The notes under the pieces: model-generated
Seen by the model: only the letters and a program-made list of their open reading frames with translations
Databases searched by the model: none
What the model was told of the DNA's origin: nothing
In this document: piece by piece, positions 36,422 to 48,239 of the stretch
How the letters are laid out: every line of letters begins with the position of its first letter
How positions within the stretch are numbered: the first letter of the stretch is position 1
NCBI GenBank assembly: GCA_002869385.1
Contig: PKTB01000026.1
Span: forward strand, 8,104-72,103
DNA length: 64,000 bases
Reading direction: 5' to 3'
From: Marinilabiliales bacterium
GTDB lineage: Bacteria > Bacteroidota > Bacteroidia > Bacteroidales > ML635J-15
Translations under genes and position numbers: made by a program

Positions 36422-36766
36422 TTAAAATTTTGAATCTAAAATAGATGTTATTTGTTGTCTGTTTTGGATGCTTGTAGTAGCAGCTACAACCTCACCGTTT
36501 TTGTAATACATAGTAAAAGGTAAGCCCATAAATACTCTGCAATTAGGATCATTTCTGATGATACCTGCTTCAGGATTGTCAAATGCCATAACAGCAAATT
36601 TCACATCATCTCTTTCTTCTTCAAGTTCTTCCATAATGTCATATACCGGGATGCACATTGGCCCCATACGTCCGGCACAAACCATTAGATTTGGGTTTTC
36701 TTCCTGTAATTTTTTTAATTCTTCTGCTGATTCAATCTCGTGTAAATTTGTTTGTAGCATTTTCAT
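36422..36766 (-). CDS. Thioredoxin-fold protein with atypical CAGRMGPMC motif
   Basis: Size, GLPFT...KNG cis-Pro region, adjacent to trxB. Confidence 0.75.
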   Translation of the reverse strand: MKMLQTNLHEIESAEELKKLQEENPNLMVCAGRMGPMCIPVYDIMEELEEERDDVKFAVMAFDNPEAGIIRNDPNCRVFMGLPFTMYYKNGEVVAATTSIQNRQQITSILDSKF

Positions 36767-36968
36767 AATTTATTCTATTTAGTTTTAAATAATTTACTTT
36801 TGCAAATAAACAGACAATTTTCCGAAAAGATTTTAATATTTCAGTGAGAGAGTACAAAGAAAAACATGAATGGAGACAGTTTTTTTTATGTCAAATGCCA
36901 GTGTGTAGTTTTTTTAACATTAACTAATATAATTTTATAATTTTGTAATGGTCTTAAAATGAATAGAG

Positions 36969-37646
36969 ATGGATAAATCAAAGAATATTTAAAATACCTC
37001 AAATTGTTTTCAAACTCTATATCCGGAGGAGTTAGAATTCATAAGTGACAAGAAGAAACAGTTAGCATATTCCAAGGGTGAACAAATATTTAAACAAGGA
37101 GCATTTTCTCCATATGTAATGTTTATTATTGATGGTCTTGTAAAAATATCTTTGCAAACCTGATTTGAAAAACAAATAAATATCAGACTAGCTCATTCCG
37201 GAGAATTTTTAGAATTTTCCTCAATATTCGGAGAAGATACTTATAATTATACAGCCACTGCTTTGCGTAATTCAAGAGTTTGTATGATTGATAAGGAGGC
37301 ATTAAAAAATCTCCTTTATGATAATGCAGAATTTGCTATGAGAATAACCTCCAAGAATTGCAGAAATGAGTCCAGACTTTTTGAGGTTATTAAAAATATT
37401 TCTTATAAACAAATGAGAGGTAAGCTTGCATCAGCAATAATTTATATTTCATCTCCTGAATTTGCCGGGGAAAGTGTTTTCAACTTGTTAACACGTCAGG
37501 ATTTGGGTGAATTTGCATCAGTGTCAACAGAAAGTACTATTAAGATTCTAAAGGAATTTGAGAGTGAAGGAATTATTGAGTTAAAAGCAAAGAATATCAT
37601 AATTATGAATTATGAAAAACTTTTTGAAATTAGTCAAAAAGCTTAG
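36969..37646 (+). CDS. Crp/Fnr family transcriptional regulator with in-frame stops at 36990 and 37161
   Basis: KGEQIFKQG, GEF, and LTRQDLGEFASVSTESTIKILKEF HTH. Confidence 0.85.
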
Positions 37647-37761
37647 TTAGAATCTTTGGTTTGATATTTGCCCTAAAATCATGACTTAGTTTGTAATAAA
37701 AAAATTAAGGTCAGGAATATTATATATTTTTTTATTTTTGTGATTCATAACGCAATTAACG

Positions 37762-39633
37762 ATGATGAAGAGAGTTTTAAATTTAATTATTATTTTATTT
37801 TTTGTTATTAGTGCATGCGCACAAAATACAATAACAAAATCTACAGAGAAGGTAGTAATCGACGGAGAGAAGTATTACTTACATACTGTTGAATCGGGTC
37901 AGACTTTATATTCTATATGTAAGGCATATGGTGTTACTGAGGAAACCGTTATGGAGGCTAATCCTGAATTAACATCAAATTTAAAACTTGATCAGGTAAT
38001 TAATATACCTGTTGAACGTGATATTTCTGAAGATGGCTCCAAAATCATTTATGTTATAAAAAAAGGAGACACCCTATATTCTCTCTGTAAAAAGTATGGA
38101 CTTACTGAAGAAGAGTTTTATGAGATGAACCCTCAAGTTAATCCAAGAAAAGGATTAAAAACCGGTAAGGAGATATATTTTCCTAATAATACAGAAGAAC
38201 CTGATGTCCTTGACACAGCTGATAAAGACACAATAAATTACTATTACCATGAGGTTGCCCAAGGAGAAACATTCTATGCTTTAATGAGAAAATATAGTAT
38301 CTCAAAAGAAGAGCTATTGGCAGCTAATCCCGGTCTTGATGAAAATGCTCTTAAGATAGGACAGGAGATCAGAATTCCTAAAGATGGGAGTGCAATTTTG
38401 TCTGATGAAAATTTATTAATTGATAGTCTTGCAGCACTAAATTTCAACAATGATTCGATTCTTGTTGACAGTATGAATATTTGCGATACTGCTAATTGGT
38501 ATTCATATGGAAATGAGTTTAAAGTATGTCTTTTATTACCATTCGAGGTAGGACCAAATCTACGTAATCTGTATAATCAGGAAGTAGGAAATAGGGAGCA
38601 AAGACTTTATTTGCTAACAGAAAAGATAGTATCTTTCTATTCCGGTATTTTGGTTGCTTTGGAGGAATTAAAAGAAGAGGATGTTAAAATTGATTTAGCA
38701 GTTTACGACATTGGGAAAGATTTTGCAAAGTTATCTGAGCTAATTGATGACCATAAGCTAGATAGTGTAGATCTTATTGTAGGGCCTGCATTTAAAAGTC
38801 AGGTTGTGTATTTAAATGATAATCTCAAAGATACATGTGTAACTATAGTTTTACCTTTCGTTAACGATGTGGAAATTCTTGAGAAATATCCTAATAATAT
38901 TGCATTAAAAACTACAAATGATAAAATCTATGAACATATTGGCAAATATGCTGCCCAACATCCCCAAAATAAGTATTTTGTTATTCAAGGTACAAATGAT
39001 GTGCAACAGCAAGCAGCTAATGAAATTTATAATATAATTAAATATGGTTCTGATAGTAGTTTAAATGTTACTACAATTAAATTTAATGGGACTTCTCTTG
39101 TGGGTTTGAAGAGTGTAGTTAGTAAGGAAACAGAAAATGTATTCATTCTACCATTCTCAAACGAGTCATCAACAATGAAAATATTTACTGATTTGTTTCC
39201 ACTTAAAGATATTGAAGTAACTTTAATTGGAAGTAATTCTTTGATGGAGTTTGAAAGTATTGATCCTAATTATTATCGAAAAATAAAATTCACATATTAT
39301 ACATGTCAAGATATTCATTATTCAGATACCCTAACAGAGATTTTTATTTCTAAGTATCATGACATCTTCTTATGTGAACCGGATGAATACTCATATAGTG
39401 CTTATGATGCAGTCAAATATTTAATACCTAAATTAATGCGCCATGGAAAAGGCTTCGCTGAATGCATACTGTGTGATGATAAGATTACTGGTATTACTGG
39501 CGATATAGACTTTTCGCATAAATCAGATTATGCTAAAAAATCATATTCTAGATCTTCATTGTATATGTTTAGTTTACAAGAAGATTTTGAGTTTGTAAAA
39601 GTATATCCCGAATCGGAAATTATTGACGACTAA
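37762..39633 (+). CDS. Protein with three LysM domains and a periplasmic-binding-protein-like domain
   Basis: HTVESGQTLYSI, YVIKKGDTLYSL, HEVAQGETFY; LLLPF...VYD...IVGP. Confidence 0.85.
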   Translation: MMKRVLNLIIILFFVISACAQNTITKSTEKVVIDGEKYYLHTVESGQTLYSICKAYGVTEETVMEANPELTSNLKLDQVINIPVERDISEDGSKIIYVIKKGDTLYSLCKKYGLTEEEFYEMNPQVNPRKGLKTGKEIYFPNNTEEPDVLDTADKDTINYYYHEVAQGETFYALMRKYSISKEELLAANPGLDENALKIGQEIRIPKDGSAILSDENLLIDSLAALNFNNDSILVDSMNICDTANWYSYGNEFKVCLLLPFEVGPNLRNLYNQEVGNREQRLYLLTEKIVSFYSGILVALEELKEEDVKIDLAVYDIGKDFAKLSELIDDHKLDSVDLIVGPAFKSQVVYLNDNLKDTCVTIVLPFVNDVEILEKYPNNIALKTTNDKIYEHIGKYAAQHPQNKYFVIQGTNDVQQQAANEIYNIIKYGSDSSLNVTTIKFNGTSLVGLKSVVSKETENVFILPFSNESSTMKIFTDLFPLKDIEVTLIGSNSLMEFESIDPNYYRKIKFTYYTCQDIHYSDTLTEIFISKYHDIFLCEPDEYSYSAYDAVKYLIPKLMRHGKGFAECILCDDKITGITGDIDFSHKSDYAKKSYSRSSLYMFSLQEDFEFVKVYPESEIIDD

Positions 39634-39865
39634 CAAGAATAAAACAATAAATTTATTTTAGGCATTTGAAGTCTTTTATTTTTTAAAATCTTCTCTTTAA
39701 TATTAGATGTAAGCAACCTTTTTGCTTTTTATCGTCTTAATTTGTATAGAATATATAATTCTATTAAAAAAATTATTATATTCGCAAGTAAGGAATTATT
39801 GATTATCAGAAGATTTATCTTCGTTAAGCAAATTTGTTAAAAGGAAATATAAAACTTATATAACT

Positions 39866-40492
39866 ATGAGAGTAAAAAGCGTATTTCTCATCATTGCATT
39901 TATTGTATTTGCAATGTTTTTACGTGCACAAACTTATATGGAGTTTGTAGACGTTAAGGATATGGGTGAATCTAAAACTGTTTATTTTCAGATTCAGGGA
40001 CTTGATGAAGATGAGAGTGCAAGAAATGAGTTGTTAAATGATTTACTTGCTGATCCTGACGTTTACAGAGGAAGAATCTTTACTAGTTCCTCATATAAGA
40101 CAAGATGTCAATTGTATCTTCCTCATAATATCGGACCTGAACATATTCGTCCAATTTTACAATCTCATGGTTATGATTTTGAGTTTAGTTCAGTAACATT
40201 TGACGGTAAGTTGCTAGTGCAAAAATCCGAAAAAACATTTGTTTCTATGTTTTATCCTCCTGTTGAGGATTTTCCTGCATACAAAAATACAGGAGACAAG
40301 GATAAAGATGATGCAGAATATCGTGAATCCAAAGAAGCATGGATTAATGCAAATCCAAAGAAATATACTAAATCAAAGTCGCAAGGTACGGCTGAATTAC
40401 CAATAATTATAACTCAGGAACAGTTTTATAGCTTTACTGAAGAGAAAAAGCAAAAGATATTAGAACAACCTGAAGTTTTTGAAATTAGGTAG
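39866..40492 (+). CDS. Hypothetical secreted protein
   Basis: Signal peptide; 24 bp upstream of the SprB-like gene. Confidence 0.7.
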   Translation: MRVKSVFLIIAFIVFAMFLRAQTYMEFVDVKDMGESKTVYFQIQGLDEDESARNELLNDLLADPDVYRGRIFTSSSYKTRCQLYLPHNIGPEHIRPILQSHGYDFEFSSVTFDGKLLVQKSEKTFVSMFYPPVEDFPAYKNTGDKDKDDAEYRESKEAWINANPKKYTKSKSQGTAELPIIITQEQFYSFTEEKKQKILEQPEVFEIR

Positions 40493-40516
40493 TATAAACT
40501 TAACAAGTTAACAACT

Positions 40517-43500
40517 ATGAAAAAAATAAATAAAATACTCTTTTCAATATTGGTACTTGCCTTATTATACATGCCTAATAATTTGTTTGCATGTACGGGA
40601 AGTACTTTGGCCGGAAATTTAACTCCAACTAATGCTTGGCAGACAATTAGTGGAGTGCAAGCTAGTGATAGGTATACTTTTACTATTGGTGCCGGAGAGG
40701 TTATTATATTTTCATTTTGTCAAGGGGGAGGAACATATACCAATGACCCTCGTATTGATATTCATGATAATGCCGGAACAATGACTTATGATTTTAATGA
40801 TGACCATTGTGGCTATGGGGCTGAAATTGTTTGGGTCTGTGGTACTAGTGGTACATATTCTGCCGGGTTTTACGAGTTTTTCTGTTTAACGGATGGTACT
40901 GCTTTAGGAACAGTTGCTTATAAATTATTACCTACTCCAACAGAACAAGATTGTTTGGGAGCTAGACCATTATGTAGTAGTTTCTCAAATCATCCACAAT
41001 CATATGTTGGTTCAGGTCACTATTATGACTTATTTAACTTTAATGCACAACAGGGGATGGCTGTTAGTACAAATAATTGTCAAAATTGTTTGGTTACCGG
41101 TGAATTAAATGATGTATGGTATACTTTCACTGCTCAAACAAGCGGAAATCTGGCTTTTACGATTGATCCGGTTGATAATGGTGACGATTATGACTGGGCG
41201 CTATATAGCTTAAATGGTGGTGTTGATTGTTTTGACCTTATTAATTGGGCCTCATATCCGCCTGTGAGTTGTAATTATTCATATGGAGGTTCAGGAATTA
41301 CTGGTCTTGGAGCTGGTGGTTCTTCATGTGTTGGACCAGTGGAAAACAATTTGTTTAATTCAACTTTTGCTGTTAATGCGGGTGAAACTTACGTATTAAC
41401 TGTGTCTAATTTTAGCTCAACTCAAAATGGTTATTCAATTAACTTTGGAGCCAGTACTGCAACAATAGTAGATAACTCTGCACCTTCAATGGATAATCTA
41501 GTTTATTCTCCATATTGTGGTTCTTCATCTTTAACTGTACAGTTTAGTGAAGCTGTATGGTGTTCTAGTGTTCAACCTGCTGACTTTGTTTTAACTGGTC
41601 CGGCAGGTACATACTCTATTGATGATACATATAGTATTGTTTGTACTTCAGCATCTTCAAATACATATGCCGGAACATGGTATGATGATGTATGGACACT
41701 TCAATTAGGAGATTTGCTTTCTCAATCCGGTGATTATGTATTAACTCTAAATGCAAATAGCGTTGAAGATAAGTGTACAAATGAAAATGATGAAAATCAA
41801 CTTTTCTTTACGGTTGTAGGAATAACTGCAGATGTTGATGTTACAAGCTTATCAGGTTGTGGAGGTAACTGTGATGGAGAGATAACTGTATCAAATCTAG
41901 CAGGTGGTACACCTCCTTATTTTGTTGATTGGTCTGGTCCTTCTGGCTTTACATCAACAAATCAAGTAATATCAAACTTATGTTTGGGAACTTATACGGT
42001 GACAATCACAGATTCGGAGGGTATTTGTGAGTATGTGGAGTCCATTGATTTAACAGGAGCTCCACCAATTAATCCTACAGCAGCAAATAATGGCCCTGTA
42101 TGTCAGGGAGAAACTCTTGAACTCTACGGAGGAAGTGATGATCCTGCATCTACATTTGCATGGACTGGGCCGGGTACATATACCTCTTCTGCTGAAGACC
42201 CAACAAGGCCGAATGCTGATGTTGGAATGTCCGGCACATATACACTTGTTGTTACAGATTCATACGGTTGTACTGCAACTGCACAAACAGATGCTGTTGT
42301 TTATTCAGTTACTCCGGTGTCGGTTACATCAGGTTCTCCATACTGCGAAGGTGAAGATATTCAGCTTGATGCAACAACAGTAATTGGTGCTACTTATGCA
42401 TGGACAGGCCCCGGAACTTATGCTTCTGCTGATGAGGATCCCGTAATAAGCAATTGTGTAACAACGGATGCAGGGACATACACTGTCGTAGTAACTGATG
42501 CAAACCTATGTACTGCAACAGCAAATACAAGTATCACAGTAAATCCAGGTATAACAGCAACTATTACAGGTACTGACCCATTATGCTTTGGTGGTTCTGA
42601 TGGGGAAATGTCTGTTAATATTACTTCAGGAACAGCGCCATATAGTACGGACTGGTGTAATGGATCTACAAGTAATCCGGTTACAGGATTATCATCAGGG
42701 GCATGTTGTGTGACTATAACAGATGCTGCAAACTGCAACCTTGTTGTTTGTGAAACTTTAAATGATCCTGCAGAACTTGTTGTAGACATTACTACTGTTC
42801 CTACAGAGTGTGGTTTCCTCGAAGGAGAAATAATAACTAACGCAAGTGGCGGTACTGGCACATTGACAATAGATTTAACCGAAGGTTATTCAGGAAACCA
42901 TGTTACCGGTCTTCATCCGGGAGATTATACCGTTACTGTTACTGATGATAACGGTTGTCAGGAAATACAAACTGTAACTGTCGGATTCTTTGGCGCTGGT
43001 GTTGTAAATATTAATCAACTGCAATATATTTTATGTTTTGGTGATGAAACTGCTGTGCTTGAAGCAACAATGTCAAATGGAACTACACCTTTTGATTATG
43101 AATGGTCAGAAGCAGGAGAAACTAATCAAGTGCTTTCAGGTGTAGGTGCCGGTACATATCGAGTTTCTATAACTGATACCTATGGGTGTTCCGGAGAAGC
43201 AAATCATGAAGTTACTCAGCCTGAGGTCCTAAGTATAAATTTAACCCATACAGATGTGCTGTGTAGAGGCGAAGCCAATGGTACTGCAACAGTTGAAGCT
43301 TCAGGAGGCGTTGGTGTTTATACATATGATTGGGATAATGGAGGTAATTCAGCGTTTATTTCTGGCTTAATAGCAGGTACATATTCAGTTACAGTTGCAG
43401 ATTTTAATGGATGTTCTATTACTGATTATGTTGTTGTAGATCAACCCGAGAAGATTGTTAGCTTAGCTGTTACAACTCAGGATGTATCATGTGCCGGAAG

Positions 43501-44185
43501 ATATGACGGTATGGCATTAGCAACCGGAGATGGAGGAACACCTGATTATACTATTCATTGGTTCCAGTATGAGCAGTTTATTGCTTCAGGAAATCAATTA
43601 GGTTCACTAAGTTCAGGAGATTACAGTGTTCAATTGTTTGATAGCAATAACTGTATGGCGGAATCTTATTTCTCAATATCTGAACCATCACAATTGCTTG
43701 TTAGTTTTGATGCAAAAGGAGTAACTTGTAAAGGGTATAACGATGGTTATATTTCAGTTTTTGCTGAGGGAGGTACAACTCCATATCAGTATCAATGGAA
43801 TACTGGAGATAGTTTAAGTGTTGCTACAAGACTAACAGCCGGTCAATACTTTATTACTGTTATTGATGGAAATGGTTGCCAAAGAGGTGTTGGCGTAGTA
43901 GTTAATGAAAGCACACAGCTTTGTTTGGGAATCCCAGATGCTTTTACACCTAACGGTGATGGTATTAATGATACCTGGATTATAGAATACATTGAACTTT
44001 ATCCTTCAGCCTATGTAAATGTTTTCAATCGTTGGGGACAGCAGATGTACCAAGGAACGACAGATTCTGAGTTCTGGGATGGAACTTTTAATGGCAAATT
44101 TGTTCCTGCGGGTGCATATCAATATGTTGTTGACCTACGAAACGGGATGGAACCGTTTACGGGAGTGGTTGTGGTAGTATACTAA
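40517..44185 (+). CDS. Cys-rich SprB-repeat adhesin-like protein with T9SS type B (gliding-motility) CTD
   Basis: Repeated GGT.PY...W...G.Y.VTVTD..C units; PDAFTPNGDGINDTW...FNRWG...WDG CTD. Confidence 0.88.
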   Translation: MKKINKILFSILVLALLYMPNNLFACTGSTLAGNLTPTNAWQTISGVQASDRYTFTIGAGEVIIFSFCQGGGTYTNDPRIDIHDNAGTMTYDFNDDHCGYGAEIVWVCGTSGTYSAGFYEFFCLTDGTALGTVAYKLLPTPTEQDCLGARPLCSSFSNHPQSYVGSGHYYDLFNFNAQQGMAVSTNNCQNCLVTGELNDVWYTFTAQTSGNLAFTIDPVDNGDDYDWALYSLNGGVDCFDLINWASYPPVSCNYSYGGSGITGLGAGGSSCVGPVENNLFNSTFAVNAGETYVLTVSNFSSTQNGYSINFGASTATIVDNSAPSMDNLVYSPYCGSSSLTVQFSEAVWCSSVQPADFVLTGPAGTYSIDDTYSIVCTSASSNTYAGTWYDDVWTLQLGDLLSQSGDYVLTLNANSVEDKCTNENDENQLFFTVVGITADVDVTSLSGCGGNCDGEITVSNLAGGTPPYFVDWSGPSGFTSTNQVISNLCLGTYTVTITDSEGICEYVESIDLTGAPPINPTAANNGPVCQGETLELYGGSDDPASTFAWTGPGTYTSSAEDPTRPNADVGMSGTYTLVVTDSYGCTATAQTDAVVYSVTPVSVTSGSPYCEGEDIQLDATTVIGATYAWTGPGTYASADEDPVISNCVTTDAGTYTVVVTDANLCTATANTSITVNPGITATITGTDPLCFGGSDGEMSVNITSGTAPYSTDWCNGSTSNPVTGLSSGACCVTITDAANCNLVVCETLNDPAELVVDITTVPTECGFLEGEIITNASGGTGTLTIDLTEGYSGNHVTGLHPGDYTVTVTDDNGCQEIQTVTVGFFGAGVVNINQLQYILCFGDETAVLEATMSNGTTPFDYEWSEAGETNQVLSGVGAGTYRVSITDTYGCSGEANHEVTQPEVLSINLTHTDVLCRGEANGTATVEASGGVGVYTYDWDNGGNSAFISGLIAGTYSVTVADFNGCSITDYVVVDQPEKIVSLAVTTQDVSCAGRYDGMALATGDGGTPDYTIHWFQYEQFIASGNQLGSLSSGDYSVQLFDSNNCMAESYFSISEPSQLLVSFDAKGVTCKGYNDGYISVFAEGGTTPYQYQWNTGDSLSVATRLTAGQYFITVIDGNGCQRGVGVVVNESTQLCLGIPDAFTPNGDGINDTWIIEYIELYPSAYVNVFNRWGQQMYQGTTDSEFWDGTFNGKFVPAGAYQYVVDLRNGMEPFTGVVVVVY

Positions 44186-44191
44186 AAATAT

Positions 44192-44217
44192 AAGGGCTGT
44201 TCCGACAGCCTTTTTTT
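44192..44217 (+). terminator. Intrinsic terminator
   Basis: aagggctgt-tccg-acagccttttttt. Confidence 0.75.
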
Positions 44218-44284
44218 AATCCCTATAATGTTGAATATTTTATTATTTTTAATAATTTTACAGCATTATATTATTTAGTAAGAT

Positions 44285-45136
44285 ATGAAGGAAAAACTTT
44301 TAAAAATATTTAGATTCTTAATAAGTAAATTGTTTCTGTTCAATATGTTGGGAGCAGTTGCTTTTTTTGTAGTAGCATTTATAGCTCTCAATATTTATCT
44401 TAAGAAATTTACTGAACATGGTGTAACTGTTACTGTTCCAAATATTATTGGTGTTCAAACAGATGAGGCGATAAAAGTAATTGAGGATGGAGGATTTGCT
44501 TATGTTATCTTAGATACAGTTTTTGATGACAATGTTGACAAAGGAGCAATAGTATAACAAAATCCAGGACCGGAGTCTCTTGTTAAAAATGGTCGCACTA
44601 TCTATCTTACAGTTAACTCAACTCAGGATGAACTTATTTCAATGCCACAATTTACTGGTCTTTAAATTAGACAGGTTAATTCATTGGCTGAATCATACGG
44701 TTTAGTTATTGGAAATTTAAGATATGTTCCGGATATTGCTGTTAATGTTGTTATTAAGCAAATGTACGAAGGTGATGATATAGCCCCAGGATCCAAAATT
44801 AAAAAAGGATCAAAGATTGACTTAATATTAGGATTGGGACTAAGTGATAAAACAACGCTAGTTCCATCACTTATTGGTATGACATATAAAGATGCCAGTA
44901 ATACACTATTAGATTTATACTTAAATACAGGTGCCGTTAATTATGATGAAACGGTTGAAACTAAACGTGATTCTGTGAATGCAAAAGTTTACAGACAATC
45001 TCCCGGGCATAGCACAATAAATGAGGTAAATCTAGGTTATAATGTTGATATTTGGTTGACAATAGATGAGAGTCTTCTTGAAGCTATGCAAACTCAGGCG
45101 GAAGAAGAGGAAGAATCGGAAAATGAAACAGAATAA
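44285..45136 (+). CDS. PASTA domain protein with in-frame TAA at 44555 and 44663
   Basis: TEHG.TVTVPN, GAIV*QNP...VKNGRTIYLTVN, MPQFTGL*IRQ and VPSLIG; next to rluD. Confidence 0.85.
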
Positions 45137-45139
45137 CAG

Positions 45140-46996
45140 ATGAAAAAGATTCTAATAACGATAATATTTTTACTGCCATTTTTCTTATTGTATGCACAGG
45201 AAGTACTGATAGATGTTGGCAATCCATTTTTAAAAGAATATAGTAAACAATATTTTTCACAGATTTCTGTAAAAGAAACTCAGGAAGTTGACACATTGGA
45301 ATTACCTTTTTTTGATGATTTTGCAGCTTCATTTGCATATCCTGACGAAACAAAATGGATGGACCAATATGCATATATTCATAATGATTATGCCATTGAT
45401 CCAATATCGATAAATGTTGCAACTCTTGATGCAATTGATGAATTTGGTGCAGTGTATACTCACTTACCTTCAATGAGTAGTGATGTCGCAGAATATCTCA
45501 CATCTTTTCCTATAAACTTAAATGTGGATGTTGCCGATTCCGTTTATTTAAGCTTTTACTATCAAGCTGGAGGTAATGGAAATGTTCCTGAAGACAGAGA
45601 CTCACTTGTTCTGCAATTTAAAGCTCCTGAAGGTGATTGGACAAGTGTTTGGAATGTGGAAGGCGGAGAGGTGATGGATACTTTTCAGATTGTTATGGTT
45701 CCAATTACAGAAGAAGAATATCTTGTTAAGGGGTTTCAGTTTCGTTTTATGAATTATGCAAGCATAGGTACTAACTATGAACCAAGTTGGGTAAGTAATA
45801 CCGATGTGTGGCATATAGATTATGTGAAGCTCGATACAGCTCGTACCATGAATGATACTTTGGCTGAAGATGTAGCTTTTATAAGTAATTTTGGAAGTAA
45901 ATTGCAAGGATTTGAATCTGTTCCATGGAATCATTTTAAAGTATATGCAGAGGATATTGTTGTTGATTCACTTACTTTCTCATACAAGAGTACTTATGGA
46001 GAGGATACCAAGAATATTAATCGTCAGGTTGAAATAATAGATCAATATGGTACAGAACCAACATATTCAATGTTGGATGATTCTGAAAATATTTTACCAA
46101 TGGAGACGATAAATTACACAAGATACATTCCATATGAATTTAATTCGGATTCTGAGGATTCTGCGAAGTTCCTTATAAAAGGGTATATAAAAACTGACTT
46201 AACAGATGAGACTTATCCTTATAGATGGAATGATACAATCAGATATTATCAGGAATTTTATAATTATTATGCATATGATGATGGGACAGCTGAAAAAGGA
46301 TATGGTATTTCTGGTCAAGGAACGGCATATTCAAGTTTAGCAGTTCAGTTTACACCATTAAAAGCAGATACTATTAAAGGAGTTTATATTTATTTTAATC
46401 AGGTTTTAAATGAGGAGAATCGTAATTATTTCTTTTTAACAATTTGGGATGACGATAACGGAGAACCTGGAGATACAATTTTTCAGAAAATAGGGGCAAA
46501 ACCATATTATGCTGATGAGGTTAATCAGTATTTGTACTATTCTTTAGATACTAGCATTTATATTTACACAACATTTTATATTGGTTGGGTCAAAACAACT
46601 GATGACATGCTTAATTGTGGTTATGATATGAATAATGATTCAGGTTCACATATTTTTTATAATGTTGGAGGAACATGGGAGCCGCATTCATATAACGGTT
46701 CAATGATGGTAAGACCTGTTTTTGGATTTGTTTATGACGAAGCTGCATTTAAACCTCAGGTAGTGACTAATATGGATTTTGATATATATCCTAATCCTGC
46801 AAACGATTATTTAAATATTTCAGCTGAAGAATTTGTATTAGGTTTATCGATATATGATGCTACAGGTCGTTTAGTGAAACACTTTGATGAGACATCAAGA
46901 ATGTTTATTGGTGATTTAAATTCAGGGACATATTTTGTGCGTCCAGATTCTGAATTTGCAGTTTATAAAACAAAAAAGCTTTTGATTATCAGATAG
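45140..46996 (+). CDS. Conserved T9SS type A CTD protein
   Basis: LELPFFDDF, YYAYDDGTAE and IYPNPAN. Confidence 0.8.
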   Translation: MKKILITIIFLLPFFLLYAQEVLIDVGNPFLKEYSKQYFSQISVKETQEVDTLELPFFDDFAASFAYPDETKWMDQYAYIHNDYAIDPISINVATLDAIDEFGAVYTHLPSMSSDVAEYLTSFPINLNVDVADSVYLSFYYQAGGNGNVPEDRDSLVLQFKAPEGDWTSVWNVEGGEVMDTFQIVMVPITEEEYLVKGFQFRFMNYASIGTNYEPSWVSNTDVWHIDYVKLDTARTMNDTLAEDVAFISNFGSKLQGFESVPWNHFKVYAEDIVVDSLTFSYKSTYGEDTKNINRQVEIIDQYGTEPTYSMLDDSENILPMETINYTRYIPYEFNSDSEDSAKFLIKGYIKTDLTDETYPYRWNDTIRYYQEFYNYYAYDDGTAEKGYGISGQGTAYSSLAVQFTPLKADTIKGVYIYFNQVLNEENRNYFFLTIWDDDNGEPGDTIFQKIGAKPYYADEVNQYLYYSLDTSIYIYTTFYIGWVKTTDDMLNCGYDMNNDSGSHIFYNVGGTWEPHSYNGSMMVRPVFGFVYDEAAFKPQVVTNMDFDIYPNPANDYLNISAEEFVLGLSIYDATGRLVKHFDETSRMFIGDLNSGTYFVRPDSEFAVYKTKKLLIIR

Positions 46997-46999
46997 CCT

Positions 47000-48058
47000 A
47001 TGCATTTGGAAGAGTTTGATAATTCCCCAGAAAACGAAGATATAGAACAATCTGAGCTCTTTGAGCATCATAGATTAGTTATTGAGGATGGTCAGAAATC
47101 AATACGACTCGATAAATACTTAGTGTCTAGGTTGCCTCAAACGAGTCGTAACAGGATACAAAATGCTGCTGATGCCGGTAATGTTCTAGTAAATCAAAAA
47201 CCTTCTAAGAGTAGTTATAAGGTTAAACCAGGTGATGTTGTAAGTATTGTTTTAAGTTATCCAAAGACAGAACATGAGCTTGTACCTGAGGATATTCCTT
47301 TAGATATTTTTTATGAGGATGATCAGTATGTTATTGTAAATAAGAAAGCAGGTATGGTGGTTCATCCTAGTCTGGGACATTTTGAAGGAACTCTAGTTAA
47401 CGCACTGGCATATAGGTTTCGTGATTTGCCTATGTTTAAGGGCAAAGAGGTGCGACCTGGGCTAGTACACAGGATAGATAAAGACACAACTGGCTTGCTT
47501 GTGATAGCTAAAACAGAACTAGCTCTCGAGAAATTAGCAAAACAGTTCTTTGATCATAGCTGTAGAAGATCGTATATTGCACTGGTTTGGGGGAATTTGC
47601 CCGAAGAAGAAGGAACTATTACCGGACATGTTGGGAGAAATCTGAAAAATCGTAAAGTAATGGATGTTTTTCCTGATGGGGAGTATGGTAAAGAAGCAAT
47701 AACTCACTATAGGGTACTTGAGCGTCTTGGATATGTTAATCTGATTGAATGTCGTTTGGAGACAGGCAGAACTCATCAGATACGTGTCCATATGAAACAT
47801 ATCGGTCATCCATTATTTAACGATGCTGATTATGGTGGGGATAAGATTTTAAAAGGGACTACATTTACAAAATATAAGCAGTTTGTAGAAAATTGTTTTA
47901 AGCTGCTTCCACGTCAGGCACTACATGCTAAATCACTTGGCTTTATACATCCATTAACAGGGGAGGACGTATATTATGATTCTGACTTGCCTGATGATAT
48001 GAAAGCTTGCATAGAAAAATGGCGTAATTATATTAGTCATAGAGATGAGTTTGAATAG
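47000..48058 (+). CDS. rluD: RluA-family pseudouridine synthase (RluD-like)
   Basis: S4 domain, NKKAGMVVHP, VHRIDKDTTG, ETGRTHQIRVH and RQALHA. Confidence 0.9.
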   Translation: MHLEEFDNSPENEDIEQSELFEHHRLVIEDGQKSIRLDKYLVSRLPQTSRNRIQNAADAGNVLVNQKPSKSSYKVKPGDVVSIVLSYPKTEHELVPEDIPLDIFYEDDQYVIVNKKAGMVVHPSLGHFEGTLVNALAYRFRDLPMFKGKEVRPGLVHRIDKDTTGLLVIAKTELALEKLAKQFFDHSCRRSYIALVWGNLPEEEGTITGHVGRNLKNRKVMDVFPDGEYGKEAITHYRVLERLGYVNLIECRLETGRTHQIRVHMKHIGHPLFNDADYGGDKILKGTTFTKYKQFVENCFKLLPRQALHAKSLGFIHPLTGEDVYYDSDLPDDMKACIEKWRNYISHRDEFE

Positions 48059-48145
48059 GTCGTGATATAATACTTTCAGCTATCATAACGAAATTCTAAT
48101 ATATAATCCGGGTTAAAAGTCAAATTCTTAGGGTGAGTAAACTAG

Positions 48146-48232
48146 AAATTTAGCGATGGAACAGAAATGCGACTGCCTTACTTTTACCTATATACCCCGC
48201 ATCCGCTATGGCGGATAGGTGTTGTTGTGAAA
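48146..48232 (-). repeat. attC-like site, truncated (gene-proximal half only)
   Basis: gcgactgccttacttttacctatataccccgcat...ataggtgttgtt matches the family. Confidence 0.75.
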
Positions 48233-48239
48233 AGTTTTT

